IMG/VR virus record: IMGVR_UViG_2690316166_000008
Length of the DNA stretch: 7,266 nucleotides
Source of the DNA: a virus
Taxonomy: Duplodnaviria > Heunggongvirae > Uroviricota > Caudoviricetes
Direction: 5' to 3' (one strand)
In this document: positions 6,574 to 7,266 of the stretch, piece by piece
How the letters are laid out: the number at the start of each line of letters is the position of its first letter
Position numbering within the stretch: the first letter of the stretch is position 1
The notes under the pieces: generated by a model
What the model saw: the letters and a program-made list of their open reading frames with translations, nothing else
What the model was told of the DNA's origin: nothing
Database searches by the model: none
Program-made: the position numbers and the translations under genes

Positions 6574-7083
6574 ATGGAGTGGATAAATGCTTTGATGAAC
6601 TATTTTGTACTTCATCCATATCGCCTATGGGGGCTTCTTTTTATAATAGCGTTCACAAAATCCACTTTACTCATTTCGGCGATATTGCCACCAGCATCAA
6701 TTATGATGGCCACTGTAATTACAGTCAGCAAGACGACTCTTTCACCATGGGAAGCTGGAATCACGGTCATGAGTGGCGCATGGTGCGGTACTATCGTTAA
6801 TTACCATCTTGGTATAATAATTGGGCATATCCCTCAACTTGCATGTATAATATCAAGCCGTTCCAATACAATAGAACGGGTTCGCCTTCAGTTGCAAAAT
6901 AACTCTGTGTCAATACTTTTCACTTCGCGCTTTATCGCCGTGCTGCGTTATATTGCTCCTTTGGTGGCAGGAATGTTGCAACTTCATCCAGTGAAAGTGT
7001 ATACAGTGAGTCTGATTTCAGCTGCTAGCTGGTCAGCACTTTATGTTGGTAGTTTTAGCTTCGTGTTGCCTTTTTTTAGCTAA
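6574..7083 (+). CDS. DedA/YqaA-family-like small inner-membrane protein (about four predicted transmembrane helices)
   Basis: 169-aa ORF from ATG 6574 (the ORF track starts 3 nt earlier at TTG 6571). AGGAAAG lies 6-9 nt upstream. Four hydrophobic stretches of helix length. The pattern resembles E. coli YqaA-type DedA proteins (e.g. SAILPPASIMMATVITV, GAWCGTIVNYHLG). Visibly more AT-rich than the flanking phage genes and on the opposite strand. Confidence 0.75.
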   Translation: MEWINALMNYFVLHPYRLWGLLFIIAFTKSTLLISAILPPASIMMATVITVSKTTLSPWEAGITVMSGAWCGTIVNYHLGIIIGHIPQLACIISSRSNTIERVRLQLQNNSVSILFTSRFIAVLRYIAPLVAGMLQLHPVKVYTVSLISAASWSALYVGSFSFVLPFFS

Positions 7084-7171
7084 ACTGCCCATAAAAAGCT
7101 CTTGCGAATCCAGCTTCCCCCATTCCTCTGACAACAGAATCTGATTTGAAGGATAATGAGTAAAATTACCG

Positions 7172-7266
7172 CTACCCCCCAAGGCATTGGATCCTGATGT
7201 ACTCCTGAAGCATTCTCAATGCTGTCTGGTCGCTGATGATTCCGTCCCGGATACCGAGAACGTTTC
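7172..7266 (-). CDS. 3' end of a minus-strand CDS that continues beyond the window; product unknown
   Basis: One minus-strand frame is open from the window edge to TAG at 7172-7174 (…NVLGIRDGIISDQTALRMLQEYIRIQCLGG) and looks protein-like. Only 30 codons are visible. Confidence 0.3.
   Translation of the reverse strand, partial: NVLGIRDGIISDQTALRMLQEYIRIQCLGG

Noticed and set aside
6579-6800. ORF 6579-6800 (+), 73 aa
   Set aside because: Out-of-frame overlap with the much longer and more plausible membrane-protein ORF; hydrophilic, His/Cys-rich translation.
7084-7171. Possible bidirectional rho-independent terminator between the convergent gene ends
   Set aside because: Only a weak 5-bp stem (AAGCT/AGCTT) with an 11-nt loop and no following T run on either strand.

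Overview
This window is a draft-quality stretch of a tailed-phage (prophage-like) late region, with three N runs (1860-2517, 3715-4380, 6353-6407). The minus strand carries a packaging and head-morphogenesis block in the usual order: terminase small subunit (5503-6267), terminase large subunit (3652-5552, interrupted by an N run), a portal-like protein (2563-3645), a gene mostly lost in an N run (1781-2711), a 406-aa scaffold/protease-like head protein (557-1777) and a 168-aa small head structural protein (47-553). Upstream of the terminase genes, on the opposite strand, is an AT-rich gene for a DedA/YqaA-like four-helix membrane protein (6574-7083), which I treat as a moron-type cargo candidate. 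The right edge holds the 3' end of another minus-strand gene. I see no CRISPR array, tRNA, rRNA or recognisable defence-system gene in the determined sequence, so the window looks like an ordinary structural module with one accessory gene rather than a clearly novel system. About 1.4 kb is undetermined, and the N-run lengths do not preserve reading frame, so ORF-track translations that cross Ns are not evidence. All family assignments come from motif recognition by eye and gene order, not from database searches.
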